Part shown: piece by piece, positions 25,561-38,166 of the stretch
How the letters are laid out: each line of letters begins with the position of its first letter
Position numbering within the stretch: the first letter of the stretch is position 1
NCBI GenBank assembly: GCA_964106915.2
Contig: OZ066923.1
Direction: 5' to 3' (one strand)
From: Podarcis gaigeae
Lineage: Eukaryota
Length of the DNA stretch: 64,000 nucleotides
Notes under the pieces: generated by a model
Told to the model about the DNA's origin: nothing
Seen by the model: the letters and a program-made list of their open reading frames with translations, nothing else
Databases searched by the model: none
Position numbers and translations under genes: made by a program

Positions 25561-28500
25561 GCCACTTGAGTGTCCAGCTTAGTGACAGTATTCTCTGTAT
25601 GCTTGTGTGTGTACCAGTTTGTACCAAGACATTTTGCTGTCTGTAGCGGAGCAGAAAACGGTGTTGCTCTCCCTGCCCCACACCCAGTTAGGATCCATAG
25701 TACCTAAGGCCAATTAAATTATTTTGGCATCAGATGCAAACACATGCATCTCTCCCCTTCTCTAACTACTAGAGAAGTACAATGGTAATAGCTATTGAAT
25801 TATTTGGCACCATTTAAAGATACCAAAAATAGATTGACTCAGGTGGCTGCCTCACTCTTCCTAATGGTAAGGCCAACTCTGGTATTGTTTGTCTGTGGTC
25901 ACATTCACACTATATATTTTCAGCGCTATGATACCACTATAAACAGTCATGGCTTTCTCCAGGCAAGTCTGAGACCTATAGCTTGTGAAAGGTGCTGGGA
26001 GTTGTTAGGAGATCCCTGTTCCTCTCACTCTTAATAAACGAAAAAGGCAGTGTTGGTCTCACTTTCACATCTTGCTTATGTTGAAACAAAATGTAGAATT
26101 AGTTGGGATTTTCTGTGAGTCTAGCAGGGATCTTCCTATGTTCTGATGCCATAGCTAAACCCAGTTTCGTCATTCTCATGGCTCAATTTTGCTGAACCTA
26201 TTTTCTTTCTCTAGCAGATCCCTCCAAACAAATTTCCATGTAGACATGCCTCCAATTATTTCCCCCTTCAGATAATTGTTCCCTTAAATATTCATTTCCC
26301 AGTTCCTTATTCTTTAAGATCAAAGGAAAGGGCCAAAGGTTAAAGGACAAATTGGTGATAGTGTAACAGGCAGGTGTTCATATCTCTGAATGTATACATT
26401 CATAGAAGATGCTGAACTTATTTGAAATAAAGTGGTTATTTTTCACAATAGAAATAGGATTGCAGTTTATTTCTATGATTCTGTGCTTTTTGGTGCAGTT
26501 GATTTGTCCATGTTACTGGTTTTTAGTGTTATTCTTTTCAACATTTTAATCTTAAAATCCAAGGCACATAAATCTTATTATTCGGCTAGGCCCCTGGATA
26601 TGAAACATAATCTAGCAAAACACATCCTTACCTTTAAACACTTGAACAGCCTAGTTTAAAAATCAGTAGGATTTTACTTAAAGATAAGTACATCCTCATT
26701 GTTATAGACTGGGATCCTAAGCATACTTTCTGTGAAACTAAGCTCCTTTCAAATCAATTAGGCTTGCTTTTGAGTAAATATATTCAGGATTGAGGTGCCA
26801 GGCAGCACTTTCCAGTTCTTAAGCTATGGAACACTAGTTACAGGAAGAGATCTCACCTAGCACATGGGTGGGGAACCTGTGACTCTTCGGAGGGCTCTGC
26901 CATCATCACCATGATAGATGGGACTGGGTGGGGGACTGGAGTCTAACAACATCTGGAGAGCAACAGGTTTCCTACTCCTGATCTGAATTCTTCATTGAAT
27001 ACTTTTCACATTAGCTGGATGCTTCAATTTTACACACTGTTTAAGGGCTGCTGCTACTGTTAGGAAGTAGGAAGAATAAAAGTGATTTATGAGGTCTGTG
27101 GACAAAGAGTTGCAAATCACGATGTACCATTGAGTTTTCAGATTTGGCCTTTTTAAGTTGCTTGTGCCCTTCAATAGAAGCTTCTTTGTTGGAAGAAAAT
27201 AGACTGGCTAGTTATAAAGTTATGAATGTTTAAATACACCAACATGTGATATATTTTTTGTCTTTCCTGCCCCCCTTTAAATCTCAGCTCAAAGTGGAAC
27301 GGCTTAAAACACTGGTATGACTGTGATGTGCTTTAGCTTTGACTCATTCCTCATAGGATCCTCTCTCTTCCTCAACGCTGCAGGGATTAATGGTGGTAAA
27401 AACTTGTAATGGGACTCTTCAGGATTAATGGGAGTACAAATGTGTTTTTTCTCAGTACCTTAAGCAGATAAAGCCTAAAGACATGCAGAGAATAGGCATG
27501 CTGACTTTTGGATTTGGATTTCACTCATGCTGGAAGAGGGGCATGTGTGAAAATCTTCCAATAGGCTACACTTGAGGCAAGATGGAAAGTAATAATCAGC
27601 ACATGATTTAAAAGATTACAGTTTCAAGATGCGGCTAACAGTAATTCTGTGCTGTCTTTTCCTCTCATCTTGCTGCAATATTACATGATGGGTTTTGGAC
27701 ATTATATTTCTGCTCTTGTTCCCTTTGAAGCTGCCCATAAGAAAATAGGAAAATGTGAAGCTCCATTATCCTGAGTCAGATTATTGGTCCATTTAGCTCA
27801 GTATTGTTTATGTTGACTAGCCGTGGCTCTCCAGGGTTTTAGCTAAGGGGTTTTCTGCCTAGAGATTTCAGGGACTGTGCTCTACTACTGAGTTAAATAA
27901 GAGGAGCCCTTCTAAGTCAGACCAAGAGTCCACCTAGTTCAGCTAGCCAGATGCTTCCAAGAAGCCTGTGTAACTAGAACAGTCAACATGCGTTATTTTC
28001 TTTTGCTCATACCTGATATTCAGAGGCACACTGTCTCTGTCTCTGAGCCTGGAGATTCCATTTAACTGTCGTAGTTAACAGCTGTTGATAGACCTATCTT
28101 CCATGCATTTGTTTAACCCCCTTCCCTAAGGGCCGGATTAAACAAGACATTGGTGGCCCAAAATCAGATGTCCTGTCTCTTTTAAAAGCAGCCAAGCATG
28201 TGCAAATTTGATCAGGACCACGGCCAGGGAGGAGGGATGTTAATTATTTTCTACCATGTTGTTTGTCCATTTAAAACCCCCTCAAAGCTGCTATTTTCTC
28301 TGCTGGGCTAACATACAGATGTCAATGCATTGAGACTCTGACACTCTGTGTAGCAGGCTCTGTGCATAGAAATTTTGTGCACTGGAGAATCATTGTAACA
28401 TATATTTTTGCTCAGGGACTTCAGAACTATATTTCCCAGTATCTCTGGTGCTGATATGCAAAAACCATTCATTCCTCTCTCACATGATCTACATGGCACA

Positions 28501-28736
28501 TGGCATCCACAGCCTGTGTACCAGGCAGGCAGTTGCATTAAGACTTCACTGCCCTGACCTCCTCACCCTGTTGCCATGATTGCACAAGTGTTTAACATAT
28601 CTGCCCCCTTATTTTTCCCTCAATACTTTGTTACTAGAGTTCACTCACACTAGGTATTTTATCCCTAATATTTTAATCCATTGGAGATGCAGCAAATTGG
28701 TCATTTATATTAATTGGATCAGTTGGAAAGAAATGT

Positions 28737-28737
<1 letters not shown>

Positions 28738-28783
<46 letters not shown>

Positions 28784-29537
28784 TTATTTGTACCCCGCCC
28801 ATCTGGCTGGGTTTCCCCAGCCACTCTGGGCGGCTTCCATAGAAACCAAAAATACACTAAAATATCACAGATTAAAAACTTCCCTGAACAGGGCTGCCTT
28901 AAGATGTCTTCTGGATGTCAGGTAGTTATTTATCGCTTCGACATCTGATGGGAGGGCATTCCACAGGACGGGCGCCACTACCGAGAAGGCCCTCTGCCTG
29001 GTTCCCTGTAGCTTTGCTTCTCGCAATGAGGGAACCGCCAGAAGGCCCTCGGCACTGGACCTCAGTGTCCGGGCAGAACAATGGGGGTGGAGACGCTCCT
29101 TCAGGTATACTGGGCCGAGGCCGTTTAGGGCTTTAAAGGTCAACAGCAGCACTTTGAATTGTGCTCGGAAACGTACTGGGAGCCAATGTAGGTCTTTCAA
29201 GACCGGTGTTATGTGGTCTCGGCGGCCGCCCCCAGTCACCAGTCTAGCTGCCGCATTCTGGATAAGTTGTAGTTTCTGAGTCACCTTCAAAGGTAGCCCC
29301 ACATAGAGCGCATTGCAGCAGTCCAAGCGGGAGATAACTAGAGCATGCACCACTCTGGCGAGACAGTCCGCGGGCAGGTAGGGTCTCAGCCTGCGTACCA
29401 GATGGAGCTGATAAACAGCTGCCCCGGACACAGAATTGACCTGTGCCTCCATGGAGAGCTGTGAGTCCAAAATGACTCCCAGGCTGCGCACCTGGTCCTT
29501 CAGGGGCACAGTTACCCTATTCAGGACCAGGGAGTCC
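28738..29537 (-). mobile_element. 5'-truncated L2-clade LINE with intact 214-codon ORF2 C-terminus and (TTA)n tail
   Basis: ORF 28865-29509: VRSLGVILD..LVISRLDCCNALYVGLP..HITPVLKDLHWLPV..RAFSVVAPVLWNALP; (AAT)n at 28738-28783. Confidence 0.92.
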
Positions 29538-30019
29538 AGGGAGTGTGACTGACTGCTTTGCTTATCCTCTTTTCACATTGGTGCATAGTGCTAAGAGTGG
29601 CTTCACGTGTTTCCTCCACAGAGAGATTTACGTGCTTCAGATATTGGTAGCATTTGGTAAAATGATGTATATTTCTGGTGTGCATATTTGTGCTGAGAAG
29701 ACTGGTGACCAAATTTAGCACTAACATTTTGCATCCGTATTTTATCTCCTGACATTATTCCCATAAATGCATCTGTATAAAAAACCTCTTGCCAGAATTT
29801 ATCACCAACAGAAAATGTATTGAATGGCAGACACCCAGATACCTGCCTTTGAATTATTACAATGAAGTTACATGGAAAACATCACTCAAAGTGAACTCTT
29901 CAATTCAGGATACAACTTGTAGAATTGGGGTGCTGCTTCAGATGTAACAATGAGGGCTTATGTGATCCCTTATCTCTGCCAGCATGGAGAACTTTGGAGT
30001 TTGGATGCTTTAGTTGAGC

Positions 30020-30091
30020 TTCCTGCTTTGCATTGGGTTAGACTAGATGATCCTCAGGATCCCTTCAAACTCTACAATTCTATGATTCTAT
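30020..30091 (+). mobile_element. CR1/Squam2 3' end fragment
   Basis: gactagatgatcctcaggatcccttcaaactctacaattctatgattcta. Confidence 0.7.
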
Positions 30092-30587
30092 AAGTCTTCA
30101 ATTTTTATGCAGTGAAGGGATGATGTAGCCTAGCAACAAGGTCAATGTAGAGCCTATGTACTAACTTGGTTGCAGGAAGCTGCTCTGATCAGAGATTCAA
30201 TACAGTCAGAGAAGAGGTTGTGTAGTTCTGAATCACTAAACAGTCTAGTTAACGCAGAGATTGCATAAATTTGAATTCTGCATGGAGGTTCAGTCAAGCT
30301 ACTGAACCTACTATGTGCACTTTACTGCATGTGACGAAATTTGATGGAAGATTTCTTTGCTAATTAGATCCCTGCTATGATTTTAGCCATTTTAGAAGAA
30401 CAACCTTCTTTAAACTTGCTATTTTTAGCTTCTTTTTATGTTCTTTTAATCTCAGAGTTCCTTGCTAATTATTTCTTTTCTTATTCCCAACTCAGTGATA
30501 TCACTGACTACAATTTACAGTGACAACTATTAAAATATTGGTGCCAAGCACAAGTCATATTTGAGAACACCAGTGCACCAACATTTG

Positions 30588-31336
30588 TGTGGCGAGTTTC
30601 CGCCCCCCCAGGAAGGAGAACTAATGACACAGGACACCAAGTATTAAGGTTAAATGGGCGAATTAGGCCACAACTTTATTGATTTCGGGAATGAGAGATA
30701 TTGGCTTAGGCATTGGTCCTATCGACTAACCAGCTCCAGCCCGACTGCATGAAGACCGAGATGGGTTAACACCAGAAGGGGGAGTCTGCTGAGGCAGGTC
30801 AACTAGGAGCTGCCCCGGGTCACCGCTCGGGGGCGTGCCTTAGGCCCACACCTCCATAGGTTTCGGACAGGGCCACGCCCCCCCCGGAATCCTTTAACGG
30901 ACTACCCTTAGCTTTTGGGGGGAGGTGATGGCGTTTCCTCCCCCCCCACATCCTCTTAACCCCTTCTTTCCAATGCCTAACCGCCAATGCCGAGGAGTTG
31001 TGATGAGGTGCTACGAGGTAGGTGAAAAACCGATTGGCTGAAATCGCCAATTGGGAAAAATTCCTACCAGGCCCCTTGCGGTAACCGACCGAAGCCCATA
31101 GCAATGTCAGGAGCCTACCTAAAGGGAGGGAGGGTGGGAAAATCAGCTGGTTGGCGCGGCGAAAAGAGGGCAGGCCACACACCCCCAGCCACCCGATTGG
31201 CTGGCTAGGTGGGCGATGCGACCGGGATTCCCTCAGTCTCGCGGGGGTTGAAGCCAGCCCCCGCGCACATGGGATGGTTGTGAAGCCCGCCAGCCCATCT
31301 CCTCCCCAGGATCGGAAGTGGCTTACTCAGGAAGCA
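30588..31336 (-). mobile_element. Probable solo LTR (ERV/Gypsy type), CpG-rich
   Basis: Sharp GC/CpG-rich island; TG..CA candidate termini; on minus strand two CCAAT boxes (31196, 31033) and AATAAA (30675-30680) in U3-R-U5 order; right boundary uncertain. Confidence 0.6.
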
Positions 31337-31487
31337 CTTTGGTAATATGTTTCACCGTTAACAGGGAAGAAGTGAAGGTCTCAGAGTTTGCTTTGAGTTC
31401 CTGGCTTTGATTTCTCACTTAGGATCTGGTAAAGGTGTATCTGAGAGGATGATTCAGAATCTGCATTTCTGAGGGAAATAGTGACAA

Positions 31488-31650
31488 AAGTTGATGTTAT
31501 ATTTAAAGCACATGGCTTCCCTCAAAGACTGCTGGAAACTGTAGTTTTGTGGGTGCTGGGAATGATAGCTCTGTGAGAGGTAAACTATAGTTTCCAGGGA
31601 AGCCATGCACTTTAGATGTGCTTTAAATGTATGGTGTGGAGATGCCCTAA
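31488..31650. mobile_element. Palindromic MITE
   Basis: atttaaagcacatggcttccct..ggaaactgtagttt mirrored by aaactatagtttcc..agggaagccatgcactttagat. Confidence 0.65.
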
Positions 31651-31927
31651 GTAAACTCAGCCAGCTTGGGACTCATGAGGTCTCAAATCAGGATTCTGCC
31701 TAACATTGGCTTCTTGAGGAAATCGTCTGGAAAATTTCTTAGAATACACCTCTGCATGGGGTTTCTTCCAGGGATCAGATTTAGACAGTCACCCACATAT
31801 ATCTTGATTAGGGATTGTGTGGCATTCTGGCAGATTCAATTTCCAATTTGGATATTGCACTCCATTGATGTGGGCAATTATTCAAAATCTACCTTCTGAC
31901 CAATTTTTACTTTTAATTGTGGGGAAA

Positions 31928-31929
31928 TG

Positions 31930-32001
<72 letters not shown>
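31928..32001 (+). repeat. Compound (TG)n(AG)n microsatellite
   Basis: Direct reading. Confidence 0.95.
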
Positions 32002-32008
<7 letters not shown>

Positions 32009-32717
32009 TGTGGGTTATGTATGAGGGTATGGCCCTTCCCGCTGCTGACGCATGGACTCTAGATGGTTAGCAATGAGGGAGTGTGGACCTTGGAGTCAGA
32101 AAGCTTCCTCCCTCCTGAATTATAGAATCATAGAACAGGAAGGGACTTCAAAGGTAATCCAGTCTAGCTTCCTTGATAGGTTACAATGGAGGTCCAGGCA
32201 TCACCATCACCATGCCACTTTTCATTCAGTGAATACCAAAGCAATTCACAACAGTAATAACTGCAAGAGACAATAATAGAAAAATCTGAACAGAGGAGAG
32301 GTGCAAAGAGCTTTCCTCTGTGACTGAATGTGGTGGTGACTGATGCAGGTGCCCTTCTACCTCTTGACTGGAGGCGGGGGGGGGGGGGAGAGATACCTAA
32401 GTAATTTTGTGGTCCTTTCGCTTTTTCTGCTCTTTTAGATGTGGCAGCCATTTTTTATTGTGCCACACTCCATGGCAGCCTTTTTGGGACACACCCACGG
32501 AACTTCCTCAAAATTATAGATATGGCCACTGCCCCCCCAAGGTTGGCACCCTCTGCAGTAATCCATACTTCATAGTTAATGTATGTTTAAAACAATACAG
32601 GGGGTAACACTTTGAAACTGCAGGGGTTATGCAAGGTCAGGGGAAATAAGGGAAATCAGGTTTGATTTTTTTTTTTTTATAAATGCAGTGTTTTCTTACA
32701 GCCTTGAGGTGCTATAG

Positions 32718-32855
32718 CAGGCATGGGAACCTATGACTCTCCAGATGCTGTTGGACTACAATTCCCATTGTCTCTGACAATCCAAGATCCTGGCTGGGGC
32801 TAATGAAAGTTAAGAGTCAACAAGGCCTGAAATAGCACAGGTTCTCCACCCCTGC
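32718..32855. mobile_element. Short hAT-like MITE family; related copies near 26860-26980, 42318-42450, 45780-45850
   Basis: caggcatgggaacct..ctccagatgctgttggactacaattcccat..caggttctccacccctg with imperfect TIRs. Confidence 0.6.
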
Positions 32856-33552
32856 AATGCATTACATCATGAAACTAGTTTAAAACTCCTACAAGATAAA
32901 TGAACACTGAATTTGGGAAGTGTTTTCTAATCCAGACAGGAAACAAGCATCAGTGATAATAGAGAGCACACTATCAACATCATTATGTAGAACATAAAAA
33001 GTGGAGTGACAGTTTATTTGAAATTCGTTGTCAGAGATTCATGATGAGGACATGGTGGATCCTATCCATCTCAAATTCCTGTCAGAAGGAATATATCAAA
33101 AGGGGGTATTGTGGACACACAATGGCTTCTAGTTCACTGAGCAATGTGGTTGCATATCTTGGGACATTCAGCACACTGGAGGCAACATGAGTTATGCATG
33201 TCAACATTTGGAAGATGAAATATTCCTCCTTCATATAGACTTTTGTATAGACAGGCTCGACTCCAAGTTTGTTTGGGCCCTTGGTGGGAAATTGGTGGGT
33301 CCCCTTCCCCTTGGCCATTTAGTGCCACCCGTAGCTACAGCAATTCCCATTTAAGCTCACAAAAGGGCAAAAATGTACGAGAACTTACTAAGCTAAATTA
33401 CAGATGAAGGGAGTTTCTGCCTGTTTTGTTTACTGGCTCTTGTGTGTTTCAGAGCTTTGTGATAGGTAGAGAAGCAACAGGTGCAGCATTTGAGTTGTGA
33501 TGCATCAGTGTAGAAGGAAAACATCCATCACTGGATTTCTTGGTGCCTTCCA

Positions 33553-33732
33553 GCCGTAGCTCAGTGGTAGAGCATCTGTTTTGCGTGCAGACAGTGCCAG
33601 GTTTGCTCTTCAGCTCCCTCAGGTAGGGCTGGGAAAGACTCTGAAACCCTGGAGAGCCACAACCATCGTAGATAATACTGAGCTAGATGGACCATTGGTC
33701 TGACTCGTATAAGGCAGCTTTGTAAATTCCTA
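33553..33732 (+). mobile_element. tRNA(Ala/Cys-like)-derived SINE with CR1-like tail
   Basis: GTAGCTCAGTGGTAGAGCAT A-box head followed by the family body ..tactgagctagatggaccattggtctgactc..ataaggcagc. Confidence 0.7.
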
Positions 33733-34874
33733 ATAACAACAAACTTCTCATTAGAAGACAATAATGAAAAAAATGAGGGGCAGATCAAGTGGCAAACAAA
33801 CAAAAGTAAAAGAAAGCTTCTTTTCTTCTCACAAAGACAGTAGCCTTTCGATTGAACCCCTAAACTTATTTATTTACCAGAGAGTACATTTTACAGAATA
33901 CATTGGGACCTTCTCCTGCATGAATGTATTTGGGGTTGGGTTGTAGGATTGATTGAGATGTACCGGTAAGTAACATGCTACAGTTGGGCAGGAGTGGCAT
34001 CTATCAGGCAGGTGAGTGAGCAAAAGAAAATAATTCCAGATATCTTATCCACAATGACTTTCATTAACTCACATTAAACAGGACTTTAGTGAGGGATTTA
34101 TAGAGATTTAATAATAATAACCAAAATGGTTGATGAAATATTAACCAACTGTTTTTTCATAGGTCTGGGGGATAACCAAACTTCAGATTTCTAGGGTGTT
34201 TGGAAAACGATTGAATTGGGAGCTCTGGCACTCTGATAATTGCACAATGCCTGGGTTTGGTTTTTTTTTTGTATTTTGAAAAGCTGTATTTTCAAAACTT
34301 ATCATAGCCACATTCCTTCCCTGCAATCATATTGTTGCCAATTTTGTTGTTTTATTTAGATATTGCTGATAGCACTATGAACATCAGAAATCAATAATAT
34401 TATATTTAGCTGTTGAAATCAAATATTGCCTATCATGTTCCTTCCAGGAGTTTGAATAAGCCCCGAGGTTATCTGCACCTAGCAAAACAGTAGTACTGCT
34501 TTATGGAAACTCAAAACCACAGCCTTGTGGTTAAGCTTAAGTCAGCACTAATTTAGTCCACAGCAGATATGATAAAACTAGACAAAACTGCAACATAAAC
34601 ACCTCCTGCACCAAACATTTACCCCTGCTGAATATCCCCCAGATGCAAACTTCCTTGTTAAATTGCCATGTAAAATTATGTTCACTATTTAAAGACAAAC
34701 TTTAAAAAGTGACACTTTCATTTTAAAAAGCTGCTTCCCCTCTGTGTCTAGAAGAGCAGCTATAGCTAAATAATCCTGCATCTTTTATTTTTTGCCTCAC
34801 GAATAACTTGCCAAAGAATGTAAACTGATTCTGGTTTTTCCAAGACATTGGCTTCAATTATATGAACCGCAAAA

Positions 34875-34950
34875 GTATCCTGAAGAAGTGAGCAAGCACA
34901 TGAAAGCCTATACCAAGAACAAACTTAGTTGGTGTCTAAGGTGCTACTGG
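34875..34950 (+). mobile_element. Penelope-like element pseudo-LTR fragment (continues after the SINE to ~35350)
   Basis: ctgaagaagtg..cac..gaaagc..atacc..ttagttggtgtctaaggtgctactgg resembles the reptile Penelope terminal motif (from recall). Confidence 0.65.
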
Positions 34951-35308
34951 GGGGACGCAGGTGGCGCTGTGGGTTAAAGCCTCAGCGCCTAGGACTTGCC
35001 GATCGAAAGGTCGGCGGTTCGAATCCCTGCGGCGGGGTGCGCTCCCGCTGCTCGGTCCCAGCGCCTGCCAACCTAGCAGTTCGAAAGCACCCTCGGGTGC
35101 AAGTAGATAAATAGGGACCGCTTACCAGCGGGAAGGTAAACGGCGTTTCCGTGTGCGGCTCTGGCTCGCCAGAGCAGCGATGTCACGCTGGCCACGTGAC
35201 CCGGAAGTGTCTCTGGACAGCGCTGGCCCCTGGCCTCTTGAGTGAGATGGGCGCACAACCCCAGAGTCTGTCAAGACTGGCCCGTACGGGCAAGGGTACC
35301 TTTACCTT
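34951..35308 (+). mobile_element. Sauria SINE (Squam1), full length, young
   Basis: Near-identical to 1190-1552; 14-bp TSD taaggtgctactgg at 34937-34950 and 35309-35322. Confidence 0.95.
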
Positions 35309-37401
35309 TAAGGTGCTACTGGACAATTTTTTTATATGTTTATTCTTTGCAATGTTACACTTTGATGTTTCTTTAGAACACATTTGTTCTTCCTTTTTAA
35401 AGTGAGTTCAGAATAATGATTGATGGTTAAGTTGGTCCAAGACATTTTGCTGCCTGAGGCAAAAAAGATGATCCACACACACCAACTGCATGCAGGTGTG
35501 GCTTGCCCAGTGGAGCAGAGCTGCCACAATAGCTTCTGGGTAGCAGTATCACTTGCCACACACTGGTAGGGGTGAGGCACCAGCAAGGCTGGGGCTGTGT
35601 GGATGTATAGGTGGGAACACTGGATTGGCTCTACCAGTGTGGCTGCACAGCACCAACCTTGCTGCCATCTTGCCCCTTCCCATCCCTGTAAGCAGCAGTG
35701 ATGCTCCTATCTGGAAGCTATCATTGCAGCATCACCCTGTCAGGTAAATGCATAGAATTATGAACTGTTCCTGATTCCGTGTTCAGAAGCGGACTGGACT
35801 AGCAGTGGAATTCTACTTCAATATTGGCATTCTCCACTGCACCTGAGGATAACAGGCCTAAGTGCAGGGGTTGCATGACAAGCAGTTCTGTCTTCCAACA
35901 GAGGAGAGAGAAGGGTGTTGAGAAGGAATGGTTGGATGGTGGTAGCTCCCATTGCTCTAATTCCAGCATCTGCCGCCCAGTGGTGGAGTTGGCCATGTTC
36001 CCAGAAGCAGTTTTCCATGTGTTCATTCATAAGTGCCTTCTCTCTTGTTCTTCATAAATCTGCATGGAAATCTGCATTCTTTGTTACTTATTTCCTCACA
36101 GGACACACATTTTTTTTACATATCTTTAGATAAAATATACTTTTTATCCTAAAATATATGATTTTGTGTGCACTTTGGCCTAAAGTACTCAATTTAATAG
36201 GCTTTTTGGTAGTTCTTTGAGCTGAGAAGAGTACCACAATGTTTGGAGGAGTGTGACAACCAAAGGATAACTTTGTTTCAATTTGTACATCTGGTTGCTT
36301 TGCTTAAAAAATGCAAATGAAACAGAATTCTTAAACATTCCTAGTTCAGAACATCTGAGAGTTCCTAAAAAACCCCACCTTCTACATATGACCTATTACC
36401 AAGAGGACATACCTGCTTTCCATTTGAAAGTGTTAAGGTACTCAAACCTGCAATGGGTCCTGAGGCATTCACCCTTTGTGTCAGAGGTGAAGAACCTCAG
36501 ACCTAGGAGCCATATGTGGTCTTCCAGGCCTATCAGATTCACAGGACTCTCCCTAAGCCACACCCATTCCCTGGTCACATACCATCTTCACAGGCCACAC
36601 CCCGCACTGGCCCTGCCCATCCCCTAAAAGCTTCCGTATTTGGGGTCTTCCTGCTGTTTCTGCCACTGAATTGTCTCTGCCTCACCATGCCCAGACTTCC
36701 CTCCAGCCTCTAGCTCCCTGGCCTGGCAAAAGTACTATGATGACCTGGTATGCACCAGGCCCTGATAGGCAGCTAAGGCTTTCTGGGGGAGGGGAAGGAA
36801 GCCACTTTCCTGCTCTTTCACTAATTTTCCCAGTTCTGCAGCAGCAGAGTCACAAATTCTTTTCACAGCCCGCCCTTTTCCTGGCCCTTTAAGGCTTATT
36901 GCACTTGCAGGTATTACAGGCTCAAAATGAATTGGTCCAAATAACTAGTTATTAGGGGCAGAAATGAGGCTATTCTTGAGGGGTGTGTGTTTTCTGATAG
37001 AATAATTTCTGTGCAAAAAAAGGCATATTCTTCAGTCTCTTCCTTCACTCCTCTAGGCCCCATGGGTACGTGAGTGGCAGCTGGTTCCCTTCAGTGTTAC
37101 AAACACAAAACCTGCAGACTAGGGATGAATATTTATGTGTGTTCCTGTCAAGTTTGCAGCCAAAGATCTCAGGGTTTGTGTATCCTATGGATCTTTGCAT
37201 TTAATTTTCAAGATTTCTCTGCACTGGACTGCAGAGCTGGATATGGTGCCTGGGGGATAGGAGTGGTTGCAAGTTGCAGAGGTACAATTGCCATTGATTG
37301 AACAATTAGCAATTATTTAAAAAGATGCTGGAGCTCATATTTTCAAGATTTGGATTCTACAGCCCTAGGAACACGAGGTGGCTCAGTGTATTGGCAAACA
37401 T

Positions 37402-38166
37402 GTTGTTGTTTAGTCGTTTAGTCGTGTCCGACTCTTCGTGACCCCATGGACCAGAGGACGCCAGGTGCTCCAGTTTTCCACTGCCTCACGCAGCTTGGTC
37501 AGACTCATGTTTGAAGCTTCAAGAACACTGTCCAACCATCTCGTCCTCTGTCGTCCCCTTCTCCTTGTGCCCTCAATCTTTCCCAACATCAGGGTCTTTT
37601 CCAGGGAGTCTTCTCTTCTCATGAGGTGGCCAAAGTATTGGAGCCTCAGCTTCATGATCTGTCCTTCCAGTGAGCACTCAGGGCTGATTTCCTTAAGAAT
37701 GGATGCATTTGATCTTCTTGCAGTCCATGGGACTCTCAAGATTCTCCTCCAGCACCATAATTCAAAAGCATCAATTCTTCGGCGATCAGCTCTCACTTCC
37801 ATACATCACTACTGGGAAAACCATGGCTTTAACTATACGGACCTTTGTTGGCAAGGTGATGTCTCTGCTTTTTAAGATGCTGTCTAGGTTTGCCATCGCC
37901 TTTCTCCCAAGGAGCAGGCGTCTTTTAATTTCGTGACTGCTGTCACCATCTGCAGTGATCATGGAGCCCAAGAAAGTAAAATCTCTCACTGCCTCCATTT
38001 CTTCCCCTTCTATTTGCCAGGAGGTGATGGACCCAGTGGCCATGATCTTCGTTTTTTTGATGTTGAGCTTCAGACCATATTTTGCGCTCTCCTCTTTCAC
38101 CCTCATTAAAAGGTTCTTTAATTCCTCTTCACTTTCTGCCATCAAGGTTGTGTCATCTGCATAACC
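37402..38166 (-). mobile_element. 5'-truncated RTE Bov-B LINE
   Basis: YADDTTLMAESEEELKNLLMRVKEES..KVRIVKAMVFPVVMYGSES / RRRIDAFELWCWRR..LKLQYFGH-like..HGVTKSRTRLND; (CAA)n tail; 11-bp TSD ttggcaaacat. Confidence 0.95.
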
